Origin: an uncultured Christensenella sp.
Lineage (GTDB): Bacteria > Bacillota > Clostridia > Christensenellales > CAG-917
Assembly: GCA_910577815.1 (NCBI GenBank)
Contig: CAJTNO010000006.1
Span: forward strand, 15,446-79,445
DNA length: 64,000 bases
Direction of reading: 5' to 3'
Shown: positions 46,198-55,509 of the stretch, in pieces
Layout of the letters: each line of letters begins with the position of its first letter
Numbering within the stretch: the stretch's first letter is position 1
Made by a program: the position numbers and the translations under genes
Notes under the pieces: generated by a model
Told to the model about the DNA's origin: nothing
Database searches by the model: none
Seen by the model: the letters and a program-made list of their open reading frames with translations, nothing else

Positions 46198-46220
46198 TAC
46201 ATAGAACAGTATATTCTATG
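46198..46220. repeat. Right inverted repeat (lox-like site)
   Basis: TA-CATAGAA-CAGTATA-TTCTATG. The arms extend to 10 bp (GTACATAGAA/TTCTATGTAC). Confidence 0.85.
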
Positions 46221-46266
46221 TACATAGCATTAGAAAAATCTACCAATTATCTTATACTTTCATAAA

Positions 46267-46304
46267 ATAAAACCGTTTGCCGGAGTATTTGCAAACGGTT
46301 TTAT
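46267..46304. terminator. Hairpin terminator (14-bp stem), usable on both strands
   Basis: ATAAAACCGTTTGC-N10-GCAAACGGTTTTAT. Confidence 0.65.
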
Positions 46305-46350
46305 TTGTTATTTATTATATATATTTACTCATTATTTATATATTATCATT

Positions 46351-46380
46351 AAAAAAGCAAACCCTTCGGCTTGCTTTTTT
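46351..46380 (-). terminator. Intrinsic terminator of the 787-aa lipoprotein gene
   Basis: AAAAAAGCAA-ACCCTTCGGC-TTGCTTTTTT, directly after the stop at 46387. Confidence 0.7.
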
Positions 46381-46386
46381 ATGTCT

Positions 46387-48750
46387 TTACGCCTGTAAAG
46401 TATAGGTTGCTTGAAGTTCGTCTGGTCCGTTCCAATCGTCATAAATCTTTAAGGTATTTCCGTTGTCGGATAATACTATCCAACAAGCCGAACCGGTAGG
46501 ATTGCTTGAATTATATTTGAAATTTCCGTCCTTTGTTTCCGTTACGCTCGGAGTCATAGTATTGCCATTCTTCAAATAAAATACAACTTCTCCGGTTTCA
46601 GTATTAAATTCAATATAATCGACATTTAATGCACTGCCTACATAGGTCTTGACTGCTGAAGCCGTTTGATTTTCAAACTTGGCTTCAATGGATGCGTCAG
46701 CCGTCATAACCTCGCTGAGCACAAACTCTGTATTTGTACCTGCAAGCACCCACTTGGAGAACACCTGTCCGGCAGGAGCCGCAGGAGTTTGAATTTTGTC
46801 TGCGTTGGGAGCGGAACCGCTGTTGACAATCTGATTTAAAACTCCGTTTACAGTCAGTGTGAAATATGTTCCCTTTTCAAAGGTTACTGCGGCGGGAGAT
46901 TTTTCCGCTACGCAGAAATAACCCGTAAGATTATTGTCGCCTTGCTTCATAATATGCACATAGGGATTTTCAAATACTTCATAGTACAGAACAACATATT
47001 CTCCTATAACGTTGACGGTAGCCTTTGACAAATTCAGTCCGTAATATGCTCCTGCTTCGGTTATAACCCATTGCTGCGAGCCCTTAATCCATTTGCCGAC
47101 AAAATCCGAAATCTGCTTTTTAACTAAAGTGTCCTTAGTATCAAGCACTATAGCCGCCGCATTCTCGTTATACAAATCAGTAAGCGTAAGCGCGCTGCCG
47201 TTTGAGGTAAGACCGTAAGCCGAATTGTAATCCAGGCTTGTAGCAAACAGCTCGCCTTCGCTTATTATAACGTTATAAGCAACACCGTCCAAAACCGCAT
47301 AGCCCAATGTTATACTATCAACAGTTGCCGCAGCATCCGCAACAATCTGGAATTCGTGTCCCTCTACGTTCCACTTACCCTCCATAGCAATAACAGGATT
47401 TACAAAGGCAGGATGCTCGGAATTCTCCCATATTGCATACAACGTAAGCTTATCGTCGCTCGATACGAGAGGCTCGACCAATTTGGTACCGTTTGCAAGC
47501 ACGCTGCCGTTGGGCGTATTGGACCAACCTGCAAATTCCATACCCGCAGGAGCGGTAAATTTGCAGTCGAAGGCGCTTGTGGTCAATGCCAAATTTGTAG
47601 CATAATCTTTTTTGACTATAGACATCGTGCCTGTTCCGCCGTTTGCGTCAAAGGATATTTCAACCTTATTTTTAGTCCATACAGGCACTATTCTGATATT
47701 TTTTGCAAGCATAACAATCGGTTCGTCAACATTATAGGTTGCTTCCGTTGCCCAGTACGGGTCGCCGCCGCCCTCCTGCGAAGTGGGTATATGCAAATAC
47801 TGCACTCTCCACTTAGTCTGAGTATAATGAGCCAGGCTCAGAGTTGCAGGCACGGTAAAGGTTTCGCCCGCAGCTTTATTTTCTATTACGGGAACTTCGC
47901 CTTTAACGTCGCTTTCGTTTATAGAATAACTATCAGTTTTAATGACGGTTACCGTATAAGTAACACCCGCGTCCTTCCATATCGCGCGCAGAGTATGATT
48001 TTTATTTCCTATAAATTTTTCGCCTGCGGCATAATCCGTCGTGCCGTCCGTCCAGCCGTCAAATACCTTACCGGGATTTGTCAGGCTGTTTCCGTTTGGA
48101 AGCTCAATGGGGCTTACCCATTTTTCCACCCAAATAGGAGCTATACTACCGCTTGCGCCGTTTGCGTCAAAGGTAACCTTCCAGCTGAAAAGTGCGGTTA
48201 TTTCCATATCGGAAGTTACAGGAGCTTCGAAGTTATACTCCTCTCCCGTCGCCTCGTTTACCCAATAGCGGAATATTTTTCCGTCGCTGTTTACGGGGTC
48301 GTCGGCAGGCTTTGCAACCTTTTTACCGCTCTCCACGTTTACGGTCTGGCTCTCGGCGCCGTTATTGGGATTAAATACCACCTTATAAACGGTGGGCTGC
48401 TCCTCTCCGCCGCCCTGGTTCAATGTCCATACTGCGGCAAACTCAACAGCCTTTGCGGGCATTGTAAACTCCGCGCCCGCCGCATAGGTTTTGCCGTCGT
48501 ATGACCATCCTCCAAACGTATGGTCCGCCTTTGTCAGCTCTCCTGCGTCGGGAAGCGTAATTTTAGCTCCCTCCGCATACTCCCCGCCACTCGGAGCAGT
48601 ACCTGTCGCGCCCGCACCGCCCACATACGTCACTGCGTATTTATCGGAATCGGTTTCATTGCCCTGGCTATCATTGCAAGCAACCGCAAGCAGGCTCAAC
48701 ACAAGCAACATCACAATTACGAAAAACACCTTGGAAATCTTGTGTTTCAT
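46387..48750 (-). CDS. Surface lipoprotein with Listeria-Bacteroides (Flg_new) repeats
   Basis: 787 aa with a signal peptide and lipobox-like LLAVAC. Several Flg_new units are present (…HTFGGWSYDGKTYAAGAEFTMPAKAVEFAAVW; …FRYWVNEATGEEYNFEAPVTSDMEITALF). Confidence 0.75.
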   Translation of the reverse strand: MKHKISKVFFVIVMLLVLSLLAVACNDSQGNETDSDKYAVTYVGGAGATGTAPSGGEYAEGAKITLPDAGELTKADHTFGGWSYDGKTYAAGAEFTMPAKAVEFAAVWTLNQGGGEEQPTVYKVVFNPNNGAESQTVNVESGKKVAKPADDPVNSDGKIFRYWVNEATGEEYNFEAPVTSDMEITALFSWKVTFDANGASGSIAPIWVEKWVSPIELPNGNSLTNPGKVFDGWTDGTTDYAAGEKFIGNKNHTLRAIWKDAGVTYTVTVIKTDSYSINESDVKGEVPVIENKAAGETFTVPATLSLAHYTQTKWRVQYLHIPTSQEGGGDPYWATEATYNVDEPIVMLAKNIRIVPVWTKNKVEISFDANGGTGTMSIVKKDYATNLALTTSAFDCKFTAPAGMEFAGWSNTPNGSVLANGTKLVEPLVSSDDKLTLYAIWENSEHPAFVNPVIAMEGKWNVEGHEFQIVADAAATVDSITLGYAVLDGVAYNVIISEGELFATSLDYNSAYGLTSNGSALTLTDLYNENAAAIVLDTKDTLVKKQISDFVGKWIKGSQQWVITEAGAYYGLNLSKATVNVIGEYVVLYYEVFENPYVHIMKQGDNNLTGYFCVAEKSPAAVTFEKGTYFTLTVNGVLNQIVNSGSAPNADKIQTPAAPAGQVFSKWVLAGTNTEFVLSEVMTADASIEAKFENQTASAVKTYVGSALNVDYIEFNTETGEVVFYLKNGNTMTPSVTETKDGNFKYNSSNPTGSACWIVLSDNGNTLKIYDDWNGPDELQATYTLQA

Positions 48751-48824
48751 AAATCTATCTCCTTTTATTTAGAATACTAATAAACGTCTTTTGTATTATC
48801 CGTAGCAGTAGCGCACAACTTCGC

Positions 48825-51800
48825 TTATGCCACGCTCGTCTGCGAATAGGTATAGGTAAACGTAGTTTTATCGGCAGAAAGCACAATGGTAATTATAAAT
48901 TTCTTATCCTTATAAATTCTCTCGAACGTGTACGAATTGCCGTTAATATCGGTAGCATAAACGCCGTAGTCGCCGTTATCGGGCATCATAATATCGTTGC
49001 CCTTATCGTCCTGACCTACTACGATATTGAGCTTTCCGTAGATATAGGTAAAGTTCGGAGTATTGTGCAAAGTGAGCGAGCTTCCGTCCGCCGCGCTAAC
49101 CGTAAGTCTTATTTCGGCGGCGGTCTTTTTGTATTCGAGCGTAGTGCCCACGATTGAGAAATTAAAATCATAGTATTTTCCGTCGCTGTCGAGGAACATA
49201 CTGATTTTCTTAATTCCGTAGCCTGAAATATACATCTTTGCGGGAGTTCCGTTTAAGGTCACGTCGGCATAGCCCGCATATCCGTTATCCTCGTAGGTTT
49301 CGGGAAGCAGGTCCACGGGATTGCACTTAAGCGTATAATTTCCGTCTGCGGACCTATAAGTCATCTCGCCCGTAACCTTTATAAATTCATACGTAGTCGA
49401 GCCTATCGTAACGGTGATTATGCCGTCCTTGATAGTACCCTCCACCTGATAATAGCGTGCGGTTTCCAGGTCGTACTCATAGAAGGTTATCGTTTCGCCG
49501 TCGATTTTGTACATCATCACGTAGGTGGACAGCAAAAACGCCCTTCCGTCCAGCTCGAGCGGGTCGGTTCCGTCAAGATACAGTCCCTTTTCGTCGCCCG
49601 ATTCTATATACAAATGTCTGTTATAAGCGGCAAAGGTAGACTCCTCGAAGCATTTTATTGCAACGTTAATATCGTTTACCTTTATACGGGTGGCAATATT
49701 TCCGCTAAAGACCTTTTCTCCCATAATCGGCGCATTTTCTCCCAAAAGCTCTATAAACAGCGGTCCGTGTTCAAGCTGCATATTGGTTTCCATAAACGCC
49801 GCCGCGCCTATTTTCTTTATATTCGCGCCTATCCTTACTCGCAGAAGCCCGTAACAGCTCTGGAATGCGCCTATTCCTATTTCTTCGACAGAATTCAGCT
49901 CAATTACTCCGTCCGTCGCCGTTGACAGCTTTTCGCAACCGGCAAACGCTCCGTCGCCAATAACAGTCACGTTTGTAAATATAACGCTCTCGAGATTTAC
50001 GCAAAGCTCAAACGCACCCTCGCCTATCGTCATAACTCTGTTAAGGTCTACGCTCTTAAGCTCGGCAAGTCCCCTGAATACGTTTTCCGCAATAGCGGTA
50101 ACCTCGTTGGGAATGACAAGCTCGAGTGCCTCGGGCGCGTCGGGCTGCACGTTATAACGCACAAGCACTCCGTCAACTATTTCAAATTCGGGCAACAGAG
50201 TTACCTCCACCGAGCCCTTTATCGTGTAAGGACAATCCGTCCAAGCATTTTTATAAGCGTCCTGGAAGCCCTCGGGAACGACAATAATTGTACCCGCGCC
50301 GCCCCACCTGAACGGGTCATTCTCCTTGGACCAATCTATTTCTATAGGAGTTTCGGACATAAACACTACGCGCCTCAACGTGTATTCGTTTTGGAAAGCG
50401 CGGCTGCCTATGCTTGTAACGCTCGACGGAATGACAACGGACAGAATTGAAACATCCGTATTGACATAATTGAACACGTTATCCGCAATAGCGGTAACTC
50501 CGTCGGGAATGACTATGATTTTTGATTCCCCCTGATAAGACACAAGCGTAGTTCCGTCGAGGATATAGCCCGTAGTGCTTACGGTAAAGGTTTTATCCGT
50601 CCAATCGACGTTAAAGAACATTTTTCCGCCCGCTGTAACCGTCTCGTCCGGACCTTCTGCATAAGGAACATAAGTAAGAAGATTTCCCGTACTGCTAAGA
50701 GTAAAATAACCCACGTAGCTCATTCCGCCCGCAGCAGAATACTGCGCGCTGCCATAGCCGTCGAGATACAGCGCGGAGCCGTCAGCACCCGTAAGCGTGA
50801 GGTTCATATCGGCGTTATACTCGATGTATACGGGGACGTTGCCCGAAGTCGGGTCCTGTATCATATTGATAATAAAATTAAATCTCTCGCTATTGTCCGA
50901 AGCTACAAATGTCCACTCGCCATACTCGCTCTCGTACTTATCCGTACCGAAATACTCTCCCGTAGCAATCAGCGAGGTAACGTCGTTAACCGCGTCGTAG
51001 GAATACCACTTGGCAAGTCCGTAGCCGTTGAGGTCGAGGCGGTAATTGAGAAGCTCGCCGTTGTCGTACCACAAATATGAGCCGCTCTCCATACCCAAAA
51101 AGGTAAAGCAGCCTATAAACTGATTATCCTCCATATTCACGTCGGGCGCGCCAAGCTCTATGGACATTATGCTCTGCATCGGCTTATCGCCGTCGGGGAT
51201 GTCCTCGCCGGTATCGGGATTGACGTACGTAAACGTGTAATCGCCGTATTTGGAATCATACACATAGCGACCGTAGCTGACCGTCTTTATCTGGTCGTAA
51301 ATGACCTGCGACACTATAGCCTCGCCGAAGCCGTCCGCGGTAAGCACGTAAGTATCATAGGATTTTGTAACGTAATCGTAATACAGGAATGACCCCTTAA
51401 GTCCGTCGCTGAAGGCATATGTATTATCGTCGTACAAACGACCGTTTACAACGCCCACAACGCCGTAGTCGTCCTCCTCGCCGAAGTAAAACTCGAACTC
51501 ATAATAATCGTCGGAGGCATCTGCCCTCTGCGACACAAAACCGAGCTTATTGGGCTTGCCCTCTCGCACAAGTATAATCGCGCCGTTTCCCTTGCCTATA
51601 TACTCGAAATACAGATAGAGCTTATCCGTACTTTGCTCGCGGGCGTCGGTCACCTCGAAAGCCCATTGCGCATATAGGGTAATATCCTTATCACCGAGAA
51701 CAAGCGAATCGCCTGCAAGATACTGTCCGTCGATTTTATTTCCGAACTGCGAAACAAGTCCGTCCTTACTTGTGGACCAGCCGATAAACAACCATCCCTC

Positions 51801-52241
51801 GGCATTGTACGCCCTTCCGTCCTTCACGGTAATCGTATCGCCGGGCTCGCCGTGCGAAGGAGAAAGCTCACCCGTATGAGAAGCGGTGGGCAGATTAAAA
51901 TCGTAATAAACCTTAATAGAACCCATCGGCTCCGAGAATTTAGCATAGTATGTAACATTTTTTGCCGGCATCACGGTAGGCAGCTGCACAGGCTCGCCCT
52001 CAAACTTAGCGTTGTCAAACCAGCCCTCGAAGGTGCAGTTTTCCTTTACGGGGTCGGACGGCGGAGTGATTTGCGCACCCGCCTCCGCCACAATGGTCGC
52101 TATATCAACACCCTCCGCTACAAAAGACATCGTATACGTTTGCGTTTGATTGCACGCGACTGCCGTAACAGTCATAAACAGTGCCAAAACAAACACGCAT
52201 CCCAATTTAATAAATCTGTTAGCTTTCAACATTTTTTTCAT
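48825..52241 (-). CDS. Surface lipoprotein with a Flg_new repeat and BspA-type leucine-rich repeats
   Basis: 1138 aa with a signal peptide and lipobox-like VTAVAC. One Flg_new unit (CTFEGWFDNAKFEGEPVQLPTVMPAKNVTYYAKF) and LRR_5/BspA-like units (IPDGVTAIADNVF…VVIPSSVTSIGSRAFQN…; IPNEVTAIAENVFRG…). Confidence 0.75.
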   Translation of the reverse strand: MKKMLKANRFIKLGCVFVLALFMTVTAVACNQTQTYTMSFVAEGVDIATIVAEAGAQITPPSDPVKENCTFEGWFDNAKFEGEPVQLPTVMPAKNVTYYAKFSEPMGSIKVYYDFNLPTASHTGELSPSHGEPGDTITVKDGRAYNAEGWLFIGWSTSKDGLVSQFGNKIDGQYLAGDSLVLGDKDITLYAQWAFEVTDAREQSTDKLYLYFEYIGKGNGAIILVREGKPNKLGFVSQRADASDDYYEFEFYFGEEDDYGVVGVVNGRLYDDNTYAFSDGLKGSFLYYDYVTKSYDTYVLTADGFGEAIVSQVIYDQIKTVSYGRYVYDSKYGDYTFTYVNPDTGEDIPDGDKPMQSIMSIELGAPDVNMEDNQFIGCFTFLGMESGSYLWYDNGELLNYRLDLNGYGLAKWYSYDAVNDVTSLIATGEYFGTDKYESEYGEWTFVASDNSERFNFIINMIQDPTSGNVPVYIEYNADMNLTLTGADGSALYLDGYGSAQYSAAGGMSYVGYFTLSSTGNLLTYVPYAEGPDETVTAGGKMFFNVDWTDKTFTVSTTGYILDGTTLVSYQGESKIIVIPDGVTAIADNVFNYVNTDVSILSVVIPSSVTSIGSRAFQNEYTLRRVVFMSETPIEIDWSKENDPFRWGGAGTIIVVPEGFQDAYKNAWTDCPYTIKGSVEVTLLPEFEIVDGVLVRYNVQPDAPEALELVIPNEVTAIAENVFRGLAELKSVDLNRVMTIGEGAFELCVNLESVIFTNVTVIGDGAFAGCEKLSTATDGVIELNSVEEIGIGAFQSCYGLLRVRIGANIKKIGAAAFMETNMQLEHGPLFIELLGENAPIMGEKVFSGNIATRIKVNDINVAIKCFEESTFAAYNRHLYIESGDEKGLYLDGTDPLELDGRAFLLSTYVMMYKIDGETITFYEYDLETARYYQVEGTIKDGIITVTIGSTTYEFIKVTGEMTYRSADGNYTLKCNPVDLLPETYEDNGYAGYADVTLNGTPAKMYISGYGIKKISMFLDSDGKYYDFNFSIVGTTLEYKKTAAEIRLTVSAADGSSLTLHNTPNFTYIYGKLNIVVGQDDKGNDIMMPDNGDYGVYATDINGNSYTFERIYKDKKFIITIVLSADKTTFTYTYSQTSVA

Positions 52242-52306
52242 ACTTTATCTCCCGCTGACTGCGCAAACCTGCATAACTCAACGAATAAACTATATTTATT
52301 TCTAAA

Positions 52307-52335
52307 AGTATACCCCCCCCCTATACGATTGTCAA
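52307..52335 (-). promoter_or_regulatory. Promoter of the lipoprotein operon with a G9 homopolymer (C9 on the + strand) in the spacer
   Basis: The - strand reads TTGACA (52335..52330), ATCGTATA, GGGGGGGGG, TATACT (52312..52307). The spacer is exactly 17 nt, 9 of them the G-tract (52313..52321). The ATG lies 66 nt downstream. Confidence 0.6.
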
Positions 52336-52595
52336 CAAAATTATCCACATTTTATACGAAGTTATGCATATTTTTTAAGAATACAATTTTAAAAAATATC
52401 AAGATTCCAAGAATATATTCGAATATATTTATATTAAAGTGATATTTATAGCAATGATAATTAAATAAAAACAAAAGCAACAAAAAAAGCGCTCCGTACG
52501 GAACGCATAAATTCACAAAATTTGTATAATTATTCACAAATATATTTAAATTCAAAAAACAGACAAACTTAAAATTCTAATAGAAAATCATACTT

Positions 52596-54341
52596 TTAAA
52601 GCTTAACGCCGACTTTATTGTATTCGGTTTCATCAAAATAACTGCGATATTTTTTTGAAGTCCCTCTATAACAAAACATCATTTTAAAGAAATATCCAAA
52701 CACCTTAAAGCACGCCTTTACAAACGGTGCTTTTTTTATCTCGGTAACAAAGCCTTTTCCGGTTATCGGGTTAAACTGTAATACTTTTTTTCTCATAAAA
52801 AAGCCGTCTACGTTGAAAACAGCCATATTGACCTTGGACATTTCTTTTTTATAAAAACATTTGGGGATTAAATATCCGTTTAAAGTAACAATGTGTTTAA
52901 GCTTTATACCCTTATTGGCAACCGCAGACAAATTTATATAATCATTTGCTTCCTTAATGCTATATTCGGCAGATAGCTCCTCTTCGGAAAGAAAAACAGG
53001 AAAGTTACGACGTATATCCTTATGATTTTTTTCTCCGTTTAAATTGAAAACAAAATCCGGACCTTTAAAAAAATCCTCATATGCCCTGAATATCAAATCA
53101 ACAGCGTAATATCTTTGCATAACAAGCTGTCTTCCTACGCGTACAAGAAGCTTTATATAATTGGCAAACGCTCCCTTCCCTTTAGGAAAATATGAATTGA
53201 ATATAAGCTCGTTTCTGTTATTGTAGTACTCTATTCCGGGAACATATTTAACATCGAAATCCTCGTGCCAAACCGATATTCCCGACATAGAAATCCAATG
53301 CTCGGCTGCTCTCAAGCCGTATTCCATATCGTCGCACTTGATAAAGAGAGGCAGAGGATAACCGTACTTATCAATAGTGCTTACGGGCATACAGGTATAA
53401 AACCAACCGTTATAATCGTATGCGCTATCCGCCTCGTTTTCGACAATCTCCCGAGCATTTCTCACGTCAACGCGCTTGCGGTGCGGAAACAGTTTAACTC
53501 CGTTCCAATCCGCGCCCATCTCCATCTGAATATGAGGGCTGTTAGCCAGTAGCATAGCTCCGCCAATCGAAGCGTTTTTATATTCATCGTTTAACAGGCA
53601 AAGCAAGGCATAAGTACGCCAAATTGTGTTGACGTCAAATACAATATCGTCGTCCATCAGCAGAAAATGCGTATATTCCCCCAACCTACGGACTTCTTGC
53701 ATCCCTCGTGTAAAGCCTCCGCTTCCGCCTGTGTTTTCGTTTGGAATGACCGTAATTCCGTCGCCGAAATCTTCATCCAGCGTTTGTCCGTTGTCCACCG
53801 CAAAAACGTCAAAAAAACGCTCCTGCAAGCCATTCCTAAACTCGACTAAGCTGCGGATATTACGCTTCACGTACTCCTCTCGCTTATAGGTGCATATTAC
53901 AATGCCTATTCGCACGTCGTTGCCATCCGCGTCGCCGTACCAACCTCCCGAGCGCAATACGCAGTCTTCCTTCGCTTTGATAGCAAAGTATACTATTCCC
54001 TTTTCGTCCAAATCGGAAAGCTTCAGACAAATCTCATCGTTTTCAGTAAACTCTTTTTCCGCAAGCAGCTTATGCTCCGCGCCGTCATACAGATATAAGG
54101 ATATATCTGCCCTACCTTCCAAATCGAGCTTCAGCGTAACCTCGTTTACTATCGTATACTTTGAATATTTGGTATGTGAAAAACAGTTGAAAAAAGTATC
54201 GAAGGTAACTGTCTCTCCCTTTTTAACAGATAATCCGCCGCCGCAAAGCTCTCCGCCTCGGAAATAGAGCCGGTTATCGACGCAAAAGTCATTTTTAGGA
54301 AACGTAATATTATACAGCAGCATTTTTTTCTTCTCCGACAA
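52596..54341 (-). CDS. Family-2 (GT-A) glycosyltransferase, putative galactofuranosyltransferase
   Basis: 581 aa. The GT-A core starts at IGIVICTYKREEY and carries the DxD motif LLMDDDIVF. An N-terminal extra domain of about 140 aa is present. The start overlaps the glf stop by 32 nt. Confidence 0.65.
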   Translation of the reverse strand: MSEKKKMLLYNITFPKNDFCVDNRLYFRGGELCGGGLSVKKGETVTFDTFFNCFSHTKYSKYTIVNEVTLKLDLEGRADISLYLYDGAEHKLLAEKEFTENDEICLKLSDLDEKGIVYFAIKAKEDCVLRSGGWYGDADGNDVRIGIVICTYKREEYVKRNIRSLVEFRNGLQERFFDVFAVDNGQTLDEDFGDGITVIPNENTGGSGGFTRGMQEVRRLGEYTHFLLMDDDIVFDVNTIWRTYALLCLLNDEYKNASIGGAMLLANSPHIQMEMGADWNGVKLFPHRKRVDVRNAREIVENEADSAYDYNGWFYTCMPVSTIDKYGYPLPLFIKCDDMEYGLRAAEHWISMSGISVWHEDFDVKYVPGIEYYNNRNELIFNSYFPKGKGAFANYIKLLVRVGRQLVMQRYYAVDLIFRAYEDFFKGPDFVFNLNGEKNHKDIRRNFPVFLSEEELSAEYSIKEANDYINLSAVANKGIKLKHIVTLNGYLIPKCFYKKEMSKVNMAVFNVDGFFMRKKVLQFNPITGKGFVTEIKKAPFVKACFKVFGYFFKMMFCYRGTSKKYRSYFDETEYNKVGVKL

Positions 54342-55419
54342 GCTCGAGCGCGCGCTCGATTACTCTGTCCATATCGTAATATCTGTACTCTCCCAATCTG
54401 CCGCCCATAATGATTTCCGGTCTGTCTTTAAGCTTCGCGCGATATTTTTCGTAAAGCGCGCCGTTTTTATCGTCGTTTATAGGATAGTACGCCTCCGCGC
54501 CCTCCGTCCACTCGAGAGGATATTCATAACTGATAACAGTCTTATCGGATTTCACCGAAGTAAAATGCTTATGCTCTATAATTCTTGTATACGGAGTCTC
54601 CCTATCCGTGTAATTTACCACGGCATTGCCCTGAAAATCATTGATATCCAAGGTTTTTTCCTCAAGCAGTACCGTTCTATACTCAAGCCGTCCTTCGCTA
54701 TAGCCAAAAAATTCGTCAATCTTGCCCGTATAAAGTATTTTACCGAAGCTGTCCTTCCCGTCGGCTACAAGGTCGAAATAATCGGTATTCAATCTTACTT
54801 CAATACCGCTCAGCATATTTTCCGCCATAGCGGTATAACCGTCTATCGGGATACCCTGATATTTTGCGTTAAAATAGTTATTGTCGTACTCGAAGCGCAG
54901 AGGAAGTCTTTTTATTATAAATGACGGAAGCTCCTTGCAATCTCTGCCCCACTGCTTTTCCGTGTAACCCTTGATTAGCTTGATATAAATATCCTTACCT
55001 ACCATTTTCAAGGCCTGCTCCTCGAGATTTTTAGGCTCGTCTATATTTAAATCCGCAATCTGCTCCGCAATTTTTGCCTTCGCCTGCTCAGGAGTTTTAA
55101 CACCCCACATCTGCTCAAAGGTATTCATATTAAATGGAAGATTATATCTTTCTCCCTTATAATCCGCAATAGGACTGTTTATAAACGAATTGAACTCTGC
55201 AAACCTGCAAACGTACTGCCATACCCTGTCGCTGTTGGTATGAAAGATATGCGCGCCGTATCTGTGTACGTCAATCCCTTCCACCTTTTCGGTATAAATA
55301 TTGCCTGCAATATGCCCGCGCTTGTCTATTACAAGACAGCGTTTACCCGCGTCAGTCATCTCTCTTGCAAAGACGGCTCCGGTCAGCCCCGCGCCGACAA
55401 CAAGATAATCGTAAAACAT
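54310..55419 (-). CDS. glf: UDP-galactopyranose mutase
   Basis: 369 aa with the FAD-binding motif VVGAGLTGAV, plus HRYGAHIFHT and overall Glf length and pattern. Confidence 0.9.
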   Translation of the reverse strand: MFYDYLVVGAGLTGAVFAREMTDAGKRCLVIDKRGHIAGNIYTEKVEGIDVHRYGAHIFHTNSDRVWQYVCRFAEFNSFINSPIADYKGERYNLPFNMNTFEQMWGVKTPEQAKAKIAEQIADLNIDEPKNLEEQALKMVGKDIYIKLIKGYTEKQWGRDCKELPSFIIKRLPLRFEYDNNYFNAKYQGIPIDGYTAMAENMLSGIEVRLNTDYFDLVADGKDSFGKILYTGKIDEFFGYSEGRLEYRTVLLEEKTLDINDFQGNAVVNYTDRETPYTRIIEHKHFTSVKSDKTVISYEYPLEWTEGAEAYYPINDDKNGALYEKYRAKLKDRPEIIMGGRLGEYRYYDMDRVIERALELVGEEKNAAV

Positions 55420-55509
55420 AGAAAACCTCTGATTTATAGCTTATCATAAATGATAACACGCGTACTACATTAAGTCAAATTTAACAATTATGATTATCTT
55501 TGTCAAAAA

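Noticed and set aside
48751-48824. Possible separate promoter or terminator between the 1138-aa and 787-aa lipoprotein genes
   Set aside because: I see no hairpin/T-tract and no convincing -35/-10 in the 74-bp gap, so the two genes are treated as one operon. That operon call is an inference only.
52353-52365. Exact 13-bp match to a loxP arm (TATACGAAGTTAT) in the lipoprotein promoter region
   Set aside because: It is a lone half-site. There is no inverted partner arm (ATAACTTCGTATA) and no 8-bp loxP spacer nearby. In a very AT-rich intergenic region this is most likely chance. A shorter TATACGA recurs at 52322 inside the promoter spacer, but that alone does not support a recombination site.
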